Positions 29,213 through 38,234 are shown, numbered from the stretch's first letter. The stretch: 46,808 bases of DNA from an uncultured Methyloceanibacter sp. (GCA_964458245.1 CAYWIA010000001.1:33540-80347), one strand, 5' to 3'. A program made the numbers and translations. The notes: generated by a model not told the origin, from the sequence alone.

Positions 29213-31528
29213 ATGAGCCTCGTAGGGAGGGAGGTCCTGCCTGCCTCCTCCGTCAAGACGACCACACGCGTCCGCCGCATGCGCGTCGCGGGCGGCGGCG
29301 TGGTCGCCGTCGGTGTGCGTGCGGGCGACAAGCTCAAGATCGTCGACCCCGAAGGTCTCCAGCCGGGCCTGCTCTACGCCATCTCCGAGAAGGAAGGCGG
29401 CCAGGCGGTGATCCCGGCCTTGAGCCGGCTCGACGCACCGACACTCGATCAGGCGCTGGCGGCGGCAATGGACGGCAGAGCCGCCGCGGCCAACGCGGTG
29501 GCGACCCGCGGCGTCGCGGCCGAAGACGTGCGCGGCGCCAATGTCTTCGGCGAGGAGACGGCGCCGGGTACGCAAGTGCGGTTTGACATCGAGGCGGATG
29601 GCACGTTGCTCGTCTTCGCGCCCGGCGAGGCCATGACGCCGGACGCGCAGAATCCGCCGACCGAGCTCCTCGTGGAGATCACCCACGACCACGATGCGGA
29701 GCTCGACCCGCCGCCGCCGCTCGCCGAGCCGAAGCTCGACCTCAGGGTCGATGCGGCAACGGCCTCGGCCTACCGGGTAAAGGCGGGCGACTACATCCAA
29801 ATCGTCGACGTCGAGGGCCGCCAATGCTCGGACTTCCTCGCCTTCGACGCGGCGGCGCTGGAGAGCGGCACGGAGAACGGTCTCGACGCCACCACGACAC
29901 ACTCATTGATGGGCACGGCGGCGCCGGGCCCAGGCCTCCATTCGAAATATTTCGACCAGACGCAGAAACCTCTGGTGGAGGTCGTCCAAGACACCGTGGG
30001 CCGGCACGATACGTTCATGCTCGCCTGCAACGCCAAATATTACGAGGACATGGGCTATCCGGGGCATTCCAACTGTACCGACAATTTCAACAACGCCCTG
30101 TCGTCCTATGGGATCGCGCCGCGCAAGGGGTGGCCGGCGATCAACTTCTTCTACAACACCTTCGTCGACGATAATGACGGCATCGGCCTGGATGAGCCGT
30201 GGTCGCGGCCCGGAGATTACGTGCTGCTTCGGGCGCTGACTGATCTGGTCTGCGCCTCCTCGTCCTGCGCCGACGATGTCGATCCCGCCAATGGCTGGCT
30301 GCCCACCGACATCCAGGTTCGGGTCTACGATAAGGACAACTCGTTTCCCAAGGGGAAGGCTCACCGCATGACGCCCGACGCCCAGCCGCGCATGACGCGC
30401 GAAAGCGGGTTCTACCCCCGTTTCGCGGAGCTCACGCGCAAGTTCGAAGATTATCGCGGCTTCTGGCTGCCCTCCTGCTTCTCCGACGTGGAGCCGATCG
30501 AGGAATATTGGGCTTGCCGGGAGAAGGCGGTGATCATGGATCTCAGTGCCCTCCGCAAGTTCGAGGTGACAGGTCCGGACGCCGAGACCCTGTTGCAGCT
30601 CGCCGCCACCCGCAACATCCGCAAGCTGAGTCAGGGCCAGGTGGTTTACACGGCGTTCTGCTACGAGCATGGCGGCATGATCGACGACGGGACCATCTTC
30701 CGGCTATGCCAGAACAATTTCCGGGTTGTTTGCGGCGACGAATATCTGGGTGTCTGGCTGCGCCAGCTTGCCGAGGATCGCGGCTTGAAGGTGTGGGTCC
30801 GCTCATCGACCGATCAGTTGCACAACGTCGCGCTGCAGGGCCCGAATTCTCGAGACATCCTCAAAGAGATCGTGTGGACGCCGCCGCACCAGCCGACCAT
30901 GGCGGAACTGAAATGGTTCCGCTTCACCATCGGGCGCATCGCCGAGCAGCCGGTCGTGATCTCACGGACCGGCTATACGGGCGAGTTGGGTTTCGAGATC
31001 TGGTGTCATCCGGATGCCGCGACCAAAGTGTTCGACGCAATCTGGGAGGCCGGTCAACCTTTCGGGCTTCGCCCCTTCGGCCTTCTGGCGTTGGATATGG
31101 TTCGCATCGAGGCCGGGCTGGTCTTCTTCGGCTACGAGTTCTGCGATCAGACCGATCCCTTCGAGGCCGGCATCGGCTTCACCATCCGAAAGGACATGGA
31201 AGACGAGCCGTTCATCGGCTCCGAGGCGCTGATCCGCCGCAAGGCCAATCCTCAGAGAAAGCTGGTCGGTCTCGATATCGACAGCAATGAGTCTATCCAT
31301 CACGGCGACCCCGTCTACAAAGGGCGGGCGCAGGTGGGCGTGGTGACCAGCTCCACGCGCTCCCCGATTCTGAAGAAGAACATCGCGCTCGCGCGACTGG
31401 ACATTTCGGAGTCGGAGCTCGGCACCGGCGTCGAGATCGGCAAGCTGGACGGCCATCAGAAGCGCATCCCGGCCAAGGTCGTCGGCTTTCCGCATTACGA
31501 TCCGCAAAAGACCCGGGTGCGGGCGTAA
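29213..31528 (+). CDS. tdm: TMAO demethylase (DUF1989 + GcvT-like)
   Basis: DUF1989 motifs EGRQCSDF, RHDTFMLAC, HSNCTDN, SSCADD; C-terminal GcvT fold (DLSALRKFE, SRTGYTGELG, RIEAG); downstream of tmm. Confidence 0.88.
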   Translation: MSLVGREVLPASSVKTTTRVRRMRVAGGGVVAVGVRAGDKLKIVDPEGLQPGLLYAISEKEGGQAVIPALSRLDAPTLDQALAAAMDGRAAAANAVATRGVAAEDVRGANVFGEETAPGTQVRFDIEADGTLLVFAPGEAMTPDAQNPPTELLVEITHDHDAELDPPPPLAEPKLDLRVDAATASAYRVKAGDYIQIVDVEGRQCSDFLAFDAAALESGTENGLDATTTHSLMGTAAPGPGLHSKYFDQTQKPLVEVVQDTVGRHDTFMLACNAKYYEDMGYPGHSNCTDNFNNALSSYGIAPRKGWPAINFFYNTFVDDNDGIGLDEPWSRPGDYVLLRALTDLVCASSSCADDVDPANGWLPTDIQVRVYDKDNSFPKGKAHRMTPDAQPRMTRESGFYPRFAELTRKFEDYRGFWLPSCFSDVEPIEEYWACREKAVIMDLSALRKFEVTGPDAETLLQLAATRNIRKLSQGQVVYTAFCYEHGGMIDDGTIFRLCQNNFRVVCGDEYLGVWLRQLAEDRGLKVWVRSSTDQLHNVALQGPNSRDILKEIVWTPPHQPTMAELKWFRFTIGRIAEQPVVISRTGYTGELGFEIWCHPDAATKVFDAIWEAGQPFGLRPFGLLALDMVRIEAGLVFFGYEFCDQTDPFEAGIGFTIRKDMEDEPFIGSEALIRRKANPQRKLVGLDIDSNESIHHGDPVYKGRAQVGVVTSSTRSPILKKNIALARLDISESELGTGVEIGKLDGHQKRIPAKVVGFPHYDPQKTRVRA

Positions 31529-31581
31529 GTCGCTCCGCGCGCGGGGTCTGCCCGGAAGACATCGACAATCGGCGGGAAAGC

Positions 31582-32988
31582 TTAGCCGCTCGCGCGTACG
31601 CTTCGCGCCGGCTTCGAGAGTGACTCGATCTCGACCGTCTCGATGCGACCCACGCCCACATTCCTGGCCCGCGCGGCTGCCGTCGAGGCCAAGGAAACGA
31701 GCTCATCGGCGGATTCATTGCCCGTCGGCTTCGTGACGACCCCGATGCTGGCGGTCAGGAACATCTCGTTGTTGCCGTCCACGACCGGCCGGCGCAGCGC
31801 CTGTTGGATTTCTACGGCGACGGCGGCGGAGTCTTCATTGGCCTCCGCACTTTCTTGCAGGATCGCAAACTCGCTGTCGGTCCAAAGGCAAAGCGAATCG
31901 ATGGGGCTGAGCATCGTTTCGATGCGCTTGCCGACATCCAGGAGCGCGCGTTCTCTAAACTCGGTTCCCAGACTCTCGCGCCACTTGGCGAACTGGTCGA
32001 GATGGACCACGAGCACGACGAAGGAATCGTGCGGACGGGACTTTCTCCGGCGCAAGGCCATCTCGAGTCGATCCAAGAACAGGGTAGGGGTCGGCAGGCA
32101 GGTTCCCGGGTCGAGCAGGCTGTCGCTTCTCAGGCGAAGCTGCTCATGCTTCTCCCGCGTGACGTCGGTGATGAAACCCTCCACGCCGAGAAGTTCGCCG
32201 CTGATGGAGTAATTCCCCCGGCCGCGCTCGAGGACCCACTTCTCTTCGCCGCGCGCCGTTCGTATCCGGTACATCAGCTCGAAAGAGCGATGCTCGCGCA
32301 ACGAGACCTGGACGTTCTGCCAAACCTGCTCCCGGTCTTCCGGTACGATCAGATCGGCATAGGTCAGGCGCTCGCTGTTGATCAACGCCTCCGGCGGATA
32401 GCCGGTCAGCACCTCGCAGCCCTTGCTCATATATTCCATGGTCCACTGACGGTCGTTGCGGCAGCGATAGACGAGGCCGGGCAGGTTGTTGATCAACGTT
32501 TCCAAGGTGCGATGGCTTGCTTCCTTGAGGCCCTCCGCTTGCACGCGATTGCCCACATCGAACAGCGTTCCGACAAAGCCCATGCAGCGCCCGTTGTCGG
32601 CCACCACGGCCTGTGCGCCGGCCTCCAAATGGACGGTTTTGCCGGAGCTCGTCAGGAAGCGCAGCACGAGCGCGGCAGTCCTTTGCGGGTCTCGCTTGCG
32701 GGCCTCCAAGAAGCGGAGCCAACGCTCTTCATCCTGCGGATGCAAATAGGCGGAGCGGCCCAGCGAGCGCGTCTCTTGGAGGGAGAAGCCGGTCAGCCGC
32801 GTCCAGGCCGCGTTCACGTAGCGGAGGCTGCCGCTCGGACCTGTGACGAAAACCACGATGTCGATCGCATCGACAAGTGGCGCAACGAGCGGCGTTGAGC
32901 CGGTGCAGAACTCGCTCGTGAGGCTGGTCGCCAACTCGTCACTTTCGACCAGGAGTTCGGTGAGGACCTCAATCTGCGCAGTCGACAT
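31582..32988 (-). CDS. PAS-PAS-GGDEF-like protein with degenerate active site
   Basis: Two PAS/PAC domains (YVNAAW..LTG..HPQD; MEYMS..LTGY..PEDR..W..ERG), then DPGTCLP..., TASIG. The GGDEF position reads TDSEF. No EAL domain. Confidence 0.82.
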   Translation of the reverse strand: MSTAQIEVLTELLVESDELATSLTSEFCTGSTPLVAPLVDAIDIVVFVTGPSGSLRYVNAAWTRLTGFSLQETRSLGRSAYLHPQDEERWLRFLEARKRDPQRTAALVLRFLTSSGKTVHLEAGAQAVVADNGRCMGFVGTLFDVGNRVQAEGLKEASHRTLETLINNLPGLVYRCRNDRQWTMEYMSKGCEVLTGYPPEALINSERLTYADLIVPEDREQVWQNVQVSLREHRSFELMYRIRTARGEEKWVLERGRGNYSISGELLGVEGFITDVTREKHEQLRLRSDSLLDPGTCLPTPTLFLDRLEMALRRRKSRPHDSFVVLVVHLDQFAKWRESLGTEFRERALLDVGKRIETMLSPIDSLCLWTDSEFAILQESAEANEDSAAVAVEIQQALRRPVVDGNNEMFLTASIGVVTKPTGNESADELVSLASTAAARARNVGVGRIETVEIESLSKPARSVRASG

Positions 32989-33077
32989 GCTTGTGGCTTC
33001 TAAATGGGTTCGATGGAGCGTAGCCAAGTTACACCATTGCAGTATGCGCGGTGAGAAAATGAAGCAGGCAAGAGTAG

Positions 33078-33093
33078 TACTACCTTGGAGGTA
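33078..33093. promoter_or_regulatory. NarL-type 7-2-7 box upstream of the PAS gene
   Basis: TACTACC-TT-GGAGGTA, about 90 bp upstream of the ATG at 32988. Confidence 0.6.
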
Positions 33094-33247
33094 GCGCGGC
33101 GGGTCAGCTGGTCTGACTATTGTCAAGAATAGTGGGGGGTAATGTGCCAGGTCTTTGCAATGAAGGTGGGACTGAGCACAACTGAGACGCGCATCAGAAG
33201 CAAGATAACGTCAGACGAGGTCTTCTCGATCCGAGTATCGCCGGGCT

Positions 33248-33892
33248 TCAGGCCGTGGTGAGTGCCCAGACGGCGGCCTCGAGCCGCGATTGCAGGTTCA
33301 GCTTCCGCAGCAGGTTTTTCACATGCACTTTCACGGTGCCGTCGCTGATATCCAGCTCGCGCGCGATGTGCTTGTTGCTCTTGCCGGCGGCGATCAAGCG
33401 TAGGATCTGCCGCTCGCGTGCCGTCAGGCACTCTTCGTCTGTAGGCGGCGCCGCCGGCGTGCCGTCCCGCATGGTTTCCAGCAGCATGCTCATCAACGGC
33501 TCGGTAAATACGGTTTCGCCGCGGGCCGCGAGCCGGAGCTTGTCGAGAATCTCTTCGGGCTCCGAGCCCTTGAGCAGGTAGCCTTCGGCGCCTGCGCGGA
33601 CCGCCCTGATGAAGTCCTGCTCGGCGTCGGACACCGTGAGCATGATGACCTGGGTGTCCAGTCCGCTATCCTTGATCTGCTTGAGGGCGCTGAGACCGCT
33701 GCTTTCTCGCATGTTGAGATCCATCAGCACCAGATCGGGCTTGAGCGAGGAGGCCAGCTGAACGCCTTCCTCGGCGGAGGCTGCCTCGCCGACGACTTCG
33801 AAGCCTTCTTGTGCCGCGATGAGCTGGGCCACGCCGCATCGAAACAGCGGGTGATCGTCGACCAGCAATACTCTGCATGACTCCGTGTTCAT
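33248..33892 (-). CDS. NarL/NarP-like response regulator (REC + LuxR HTH)
   Basis: VDDHPLFR, LMDLNM, LTVSD, GYLLK, SNKHIARELDISDGTVKVHVKNLLRKL..SRLEAAVW. Confidence 0.92.
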   Translation of the reverse strand: MNTESCRVLLVDDHPLFRCGVAQLIAAQEGFEVVGEAASAEEGVQLASSLKPDLVLMDLNMRESSGLSALKQIKDSGLDTQVIMLTVSDAEQDFIRAVRAGAEGYLLKGSEPEEILDKLRLAARGETVFTEPLMSMLLETMRDGTPAAPPTDEECLTARERQILRLIAAGKSNKHIARELDISDGTVKVHVKNLLRKLNLQSRLEAAVWALTTA

Positions 33893-33902
33893 GGCAAAAT
33901 CC

Positions 33903-35105
33903 TCAGCCTACGATGGTACCCGATAATGTGCTTCTTTCGCGACAGCATTGGACATAGAGGCGCGTGCCGCCTCCCTCGCGATCCTCGACGCGCAAGACTC
34001 CGCCGAGACTCCGCGCCCGCTCCTGCATGATGATGAGTCCATGATGCGGTTCGGCGTCCTGCATCGTCAGGCGCATGCCGATGCCGTTGTCCTCCACGCT
34101 CAAACAGACGGTGCCGTCTTCCTTGAGACGGGCCGAGACCCAGCAATAGTTGGCGTGGGAGTGACGCACCACATTGCACAGGGCCTCGCGAAGGATGAGC
34201 AGAAGCTGCATCTCTTCGGCCACTGTCAGCACGCCGACGGGAAGGCGATTGTCCAGATCGAAGGCAATGGAGCTGCGCCGCTCGAATTCGTCGATGGAGT
34301 CTTCCAGAGCCTGGGCGAAAGTCCTTCCATGCATCGTCAAGCGGAAGGTCGTGATCAGCTCGCGCAGTTGCAGATTCGCCGTGCTGAGCGTGCTGCGTAC
34401 CTTCTGCAGTGCTAAATCGACTTCCGAAGCATGATCGCCGTCGCTCTTGAGCATGGTTTGCAGCAGGCTGACTTGCACTTTCAAGTAAGACAGCGATTGA
34501 GCCAGCGAGTCGTGCAACTCACGGGCGATGGCGGCGCGCTCCTCGCTCTGGGCATTGCGCAGCTTCATGCGCGCGCAGCGCGCGCTGTAGAGAATGCCGG
34601 CCAGGTACTCGCCGTAGCCCGGCAAGGACTCCAAGGCCGATGGCGGCACGGTGCTACGGTCGCCGGAGATCCGCAGCAGCAGCAGCCCGTGGCCGCACGG
34701 CCCCTGGTCGAAGAGTTGCGCTAGGATGGTCGATCCCGCATCTTCAGGATCGGCGAACGCTTCCGACGCCGTGGCGCTGCCGTTTTTCTGGTAGAGGCCG
34801 CGGTCGTCGGCGATGCGCATCCAGCGATCGCGATCGTCTGGCCCTATACAGGCAAGAAGTGTGAGTTGGCGTCCGCTTTCGGTGCTGACGAAGATCGTGC
34901 CGGCCTCGGCGCCCGACAATTCGAGGATGTGGGAGAGCACCAGATCGAACGGCTCCGCGGAGTCCGGATCGGCGATCAGTTGCGTCAGCACCTTGTGAAG
35001 TAGGTCGATCGCGCCTCGCGCGCCGCGCGCGCCCGGATCGTCCAACGGCAAGAGCCCGGCCGGCTTCTCCGCTATGGCGAGCTTCATGCCGCCACCGCCA
35101 GTCAT
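33903..35105 (-). CDS. Soluble NarX/NarQ-like histidine kinase (GAF-like + HisKA_3 + HATPase)
   Basis: EERAAIARELHDSLAQSLSYLK, QLRELITTFR, REALCNVVRHS, DNGIG, HHGLIIMQERA. No transmembrane segments seen. GGGAGGG RBS. Confidence 0.88.
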   Translation of the reverse strand: MTGGGGMKLAIAEKPAGLLPLDDPGARGARGAIDLLHKVLTQLIADPDSAEPFDLVLSHILELSGAEAGTIFVSTESGRQLTLLACIGPDDRDRWMRIADDRGLYQKNGSATASEAFADPEDAGSTILAQLFDQGPCGHGLLLLRISGDRSTVPPSALESLPGYGEYLAGILYSARCARMKLRNAQSEERAAIARELHDSLAQSLSYLKVQVSLLQTMLKSDGDHASEVDLALQKVRSTLSTANLQLRELITTFRLTMHGRTFAQALEDSIDEFERRSSIAFDLDNRLPVGVLTVAEEMQLLLILREALCNVVRHSHANYCWVSARLKEDGTVCLSVEDNGIGMRLTMQDAEPHHGLIIMQERARSLGGVLRVEDREGGGTRLYVQCCRERSTLSGTIVG

Positions 35106-35260
35106 CTGCGGTACCCTCCCGTCCTCTTATGGTCCGGGATACACAGTCCTCATTGTCCGGCGCTGCCGCTTATGGGGGTCCTTCAGAAGCTCTGTCCAGG
35201 ACTCCGAACGAGCCCAAAGTGGCATCGATTTCAGACAACGACCCGGCTCACTGCCAGTGG

Positions 35261-35285
35261 ATTCAATATCATTGAATGATATTCA
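35261..35285. promoter_or_regulatory. AT-rich perfect palindrome, candidate operator
   Basis: AATATCATT-G-AATGATATT (35265-83), overlapping ATTCAAT-ATC-ATTGAAT (35261-77). Confidence 0.5.
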
Positions 35286-35416
35286 TGACCAGGAGTTACC
35301 GTTTCGACCAGCCGCGAAACCGGTTTGACTGGTCAATACATGCTCGAGAGCAAGACGACCGCCGCGGGGATACTGGAGATCACGATCGAGCCAGGCTGCG
35401 AGACATCCACTGCTCG

Positions 35417-35836
35417 CTATGCATCCGGCTCGTCTCCGCTGGTCATGCTGCCGAGATATTTCACCAGATCGTCCGCGAGAACATAGTAGTCGCCGGCATC
35501 GGCGACATAAATATGAGCCACCGTCTGCAGCCCGGTTGGCTCATCGAGTGTGCCCGCGGCGATCGCCACATAGTCGCCGCCGGCCGGCTCCCAGAACAAG
35601 CTCGCGCCGCAACGTGCGCAGAAGCCCCGCCGCGCCCGTGTCGATGATTGGTACCACTGCAGGCCGCTACTCGATGTCAGCGAGAAATCGGTCAGCGCCG
35701 CCCCAGTATACGCCGCGAAATGACCATGGGTCCGGCGGCATTGCCCGCAATGGCAATTCACCACCTCGCGCAGTTCGCCGCTGACCGCATATTGGACCGC
35801 ACCGCATAGGCAGCCGCCGCTATGATGCTCGCTCAT
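35417..35836 (-). CDS. GFA/CENP-V family Zn protein
   Basis: GGCLCGAV, CHCGQCRR, FCARCG. Confidence 0.9.
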   Translation of the reverse strand: MSEHHSGGCLCGAVQYAVSGELREVVNCHCGQCRRTHGHFAAYTGAALTDFSLTSSSGLQWYQSSTRARRGFCARCGASLFWEPAGGDYVAIAAGTLDEPTGLQTVAHIYVADAGDYYVLADDLVKYLGSMTSGDEPDA

Positions 35837-35910
35837 CTCTGGTCACCTTTCTCGCCGGGGCGCCAATGTAGCAATTCGGCCCCGCGACGAAAGCGGGAAC
35901 GCATAACGCG

Positions 35911-36642
35911 TCACGCGACCCGTTCGCGCCGCGCGTAGGCCCGGATCCGTTCCAGCCAAGCATCGTAAAGCCGGTCGGTGAACTGGCTATGCATGGTGGC
36001 GCAGCGTTCGGCGAGGCGCTCGCGGATCTGCTCGATGGTTTGAACGCTGTCGGACGCGGGCGCGATGTCATAGCCGTAGAGGCGCAGCCATTCTTCCAGC
36101 ATCGCGGGTGTAACTTCCGCATGCGCCACCGTGGTGACGCTGTTGCCCAGCGCGTAAGCTTGCTCCGGACAGTAGTCGCTGGAGTAGAGCGGCGCCGCGC
36201 CGGGCGGTAGGCTGAAGGCGTCGTGGTGCCAGATCAAGATGTCAAAGCGGTCGGGCACGGCTTGGAGCCACGCCTTGGCGACCGGATTGTCGGCCTTTTG
36301 CACCGCGTACCAGCCAATCTCCTTCGCCGGCATTGGCGCGACGGTGCCCCCCAGCGCTTTGGCGATAAGCTGGCTGCCCATGCAGTGGCCCAGCATCGGA
36401 AGGTCTTTCGCCGCGGCCGTGCGGATCAGCGCCATTTCCTCGGCGAGCCACGGATAATCGTCGTTGACGCTCATCGTGCCGCCCAAGAAGGCCAGTCCGG
36501 AGACGTCGTCGATCTGCTGCGGCACCGCATCGCCCCGATCTAGGCACACCAGCTCAACAGGGACGCCGTGGTTCGCCAGATACTCCTCGAGGCGTCCTGA
36601 CTGGATCCAGTCCTCGTGGCGGAAGATGCGAATGGGTTTCAT
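35911..36642 (-). CDS. Class I glutamine amidotransferase-like protein (stand-alone)
   Basis: LGGTMSVND, GHCMGSQL nucleophile, EIGW, WHHDAF, HAE triad. Confidence 0.88.
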   Translation of the reverse strand: MKPIRIFRHEDWIQSGRLEEYLANHGVPVELVCLDRGDAVPQQIDDVSGLAFLGGTMSVNDDYPWLAEEMALIRTAAAKDLPMLGHCMGSQLIAKALGGTVAPMPAKEIGWYAVQKADNPVAKAWLQAVPDRFDILIWHHDAFSLPPGAAPLYSSDYCPEQAYALGNSVTTVAHAEVTPAMLEEWLRLYGYDIAPASDSVQTIEQIRERLAERCATMHSQFTDRLYDAWLERIRAYARRERVA

Positions 36643-36713
36643 GCCGAAGTCGCTCCACGTCCCTTGATGATATATGAGCGGTCCATGTTTCTCTCCAGAT
36701 CAAGAGAGTCGGA

Positions 36714-38105
36714 TCACTGTGTTATGCGCGCGATGCAATCGCGATAAGCCGCATGGATCGAGGCCTTTTTGGGATGCCGCCCGTCGCGGATGATCCATTT
36801 TCCGGCGACCATGACGTCGCGCACGGGGTTCTGCGTGCCCCCGAGGATCCAGGCATCCAGTGCCGTTTGAGGGCCATGACCCAGAAGGACGTTTCTTTCG
36901 CCGTCTAGCATTACGAGATCTGCGCGTCGCCCAGGGACCAACGCTCCGCCGCCTTGGCCCGAGGCCTGTTCGCCGCCCGCCAGCGCGCTGTCGAACAGCA
37001 CCCGGCCGCTATGGGCGCCGGGGCCGTCTGCGGGGCGAGCGATCACGTTGCGGCGCTCAAGTTCGAGCCGCTTGCCATACTCGAGCATGCGGAGCTCCGC
37101 GGCGATGGAGGTGGAACACTGGCTGTCGGTGCCGATGCCCCAGCGGCCGTTCGCTGCGCGATACTCCGGCGATGCGAAGAACCCGTCGCCCAGATTGGCC
37201 TCGGTGATCGGGCATAGCCCAGCGACGGCACCGCTGGCGGCGGTTCCCGCAAGCTCGGTTGCGTCGAGATGAGTGGCATGCACCAAGCACCATCTGTCAT
37301 CGAGACCGGTGTTATCGAGCAGCCATTGCACGGGACGAGCGCCCAACGCAGCCTCGACCTCGGTGACCTCCCGGGTCGTCTCCGAAACGTGAATATGGAG
37401 CCGCGCCGCCGGATCGATGGCGGTCACGCCCGCGAGTGTGGCGTGCACCTCATCCGTCGCCACGGCCCGCAAGGAGTGCAAGGCAGCGCCGACCTGCAGC
37501 TTCGCGCAGGCGTCGCGGCGGCCGCGCGCCGTGTCGAGGAGGGCGAGATATTCCTCCACCCCGTGGACGAAGCGTCGTTGCGCGTCCCCCGGGGGCTTGC
37601 CGATACCGCCGTGGGCATAGAGCACCGGCAAGAGCGTCAGCCCCACGCCCGTCCGATCCGCGGCGGCGATCAGCCGGTCCGACATTTCGGCCGGATTGTC
37701 ATAGCGGTCGCCGCCACGCTGGTGGTGGACATAGTGAAATTCACAAACCGCGGTGAAGCCGAATTCCAGCATCTCCAAATATGCCAGCGAGGCGATTGCC
37801 TCGTAGTCCTCCGGCGTCAAGCGGTCGACAAAGCGATACATCTGTTCTCGCCACGTCCAGAGATTGTCCGCGGCCCGCTCCCCGGTGACGTGCTCGGTGC
37901 GGCCGGCAAGCCCCCGTTGGAAGGCATGGGAATGGAGGTTCGACAGACCGGGGACGCCGAAGCCCGCGAGCCGCTGTGCCTTTTCACCTTCGGCGAGCTG
38001 GTCGGACACGCGGGCGATCAAGCCGAGGTCGTCGACTTCGAGATATCCGGGCGAGAGCCAGCCGTCTGGCTGGTGTAGATGCTCGACCTCGAAAATCGTT
38101 GGCAT
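36714..38105 (-). CDS. hutF: Formimidoylglutamate deiminase-like amidohydrolase
   Basis: NLHSHAFQR, WTWRE.MY, EFHYVHH, HSLRAV, HIH.SE, CPITEANLGDG, GTDS. Confidence 0.82.
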   Translation of the reverse strand: MPTIFEVEHLHQPDGWLSPGYLEVDDLGLIARVSDQLAEGEKAQRLAGFGVPGLSNLHSHAFQRGLAGRTEHVTGERAADNLWTWREQMYRFVDRLTPEDYEAIASLAYLEMLEFGFTAVCEFHYVHHQRGGDRYDNPAEMSDRLIAAADRTGVGLTLLPVLYAHGGIGKPPGDAQRRFVHGVEEYLALLDTARGRRDACAKLQVGAALHSLRAVATDEVHATLAGVTAIDPAARLHIHVSETTREVTEVEAALGARPVQWLLDNTGLDDRWCLVHATHLDATELAGTAASGAVAGLCPITEANLGDGFFASPEYRAANGRWGIGTDSQCSTSIAAELRMLEYGKRLELERRNVIARPADGPGAHSGRVLFDSALAGGEQASGQGGGALVPGRRADLVMLDGERNVLLGHGPQTALDAWILGGTQNPVRDVMVAGKWIIRDGRHPKKASIHAAYRDCIARITQ

Positions 38106-38234
38106 GGCTAGAGATGGCTCCATCGCCGTCGAGCGAAAGTCTTAGGTCGGCGGGCCGGCCATTGCCAGACTTTGAAAAACCGGCTGATTCCGGGCGCCTC
38201 AGGATCCCGGGGCGTCTGTCGCTAACTATCAGAG

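Noticed and set aside
33248-35105. Calling the pair canonical nitrate-sensing narXL
   Set aside because: The kinase lacks the P-box, TM helices and HAMP, and there are no nar/nap/nir genes in the window.
35272-35285. FNR/FixK box TTGAA-TGAT-ATTCA
   Set aside because: Three mismatches to TTGAT-N4-ATCAA; better explained by the perfect palindromes.
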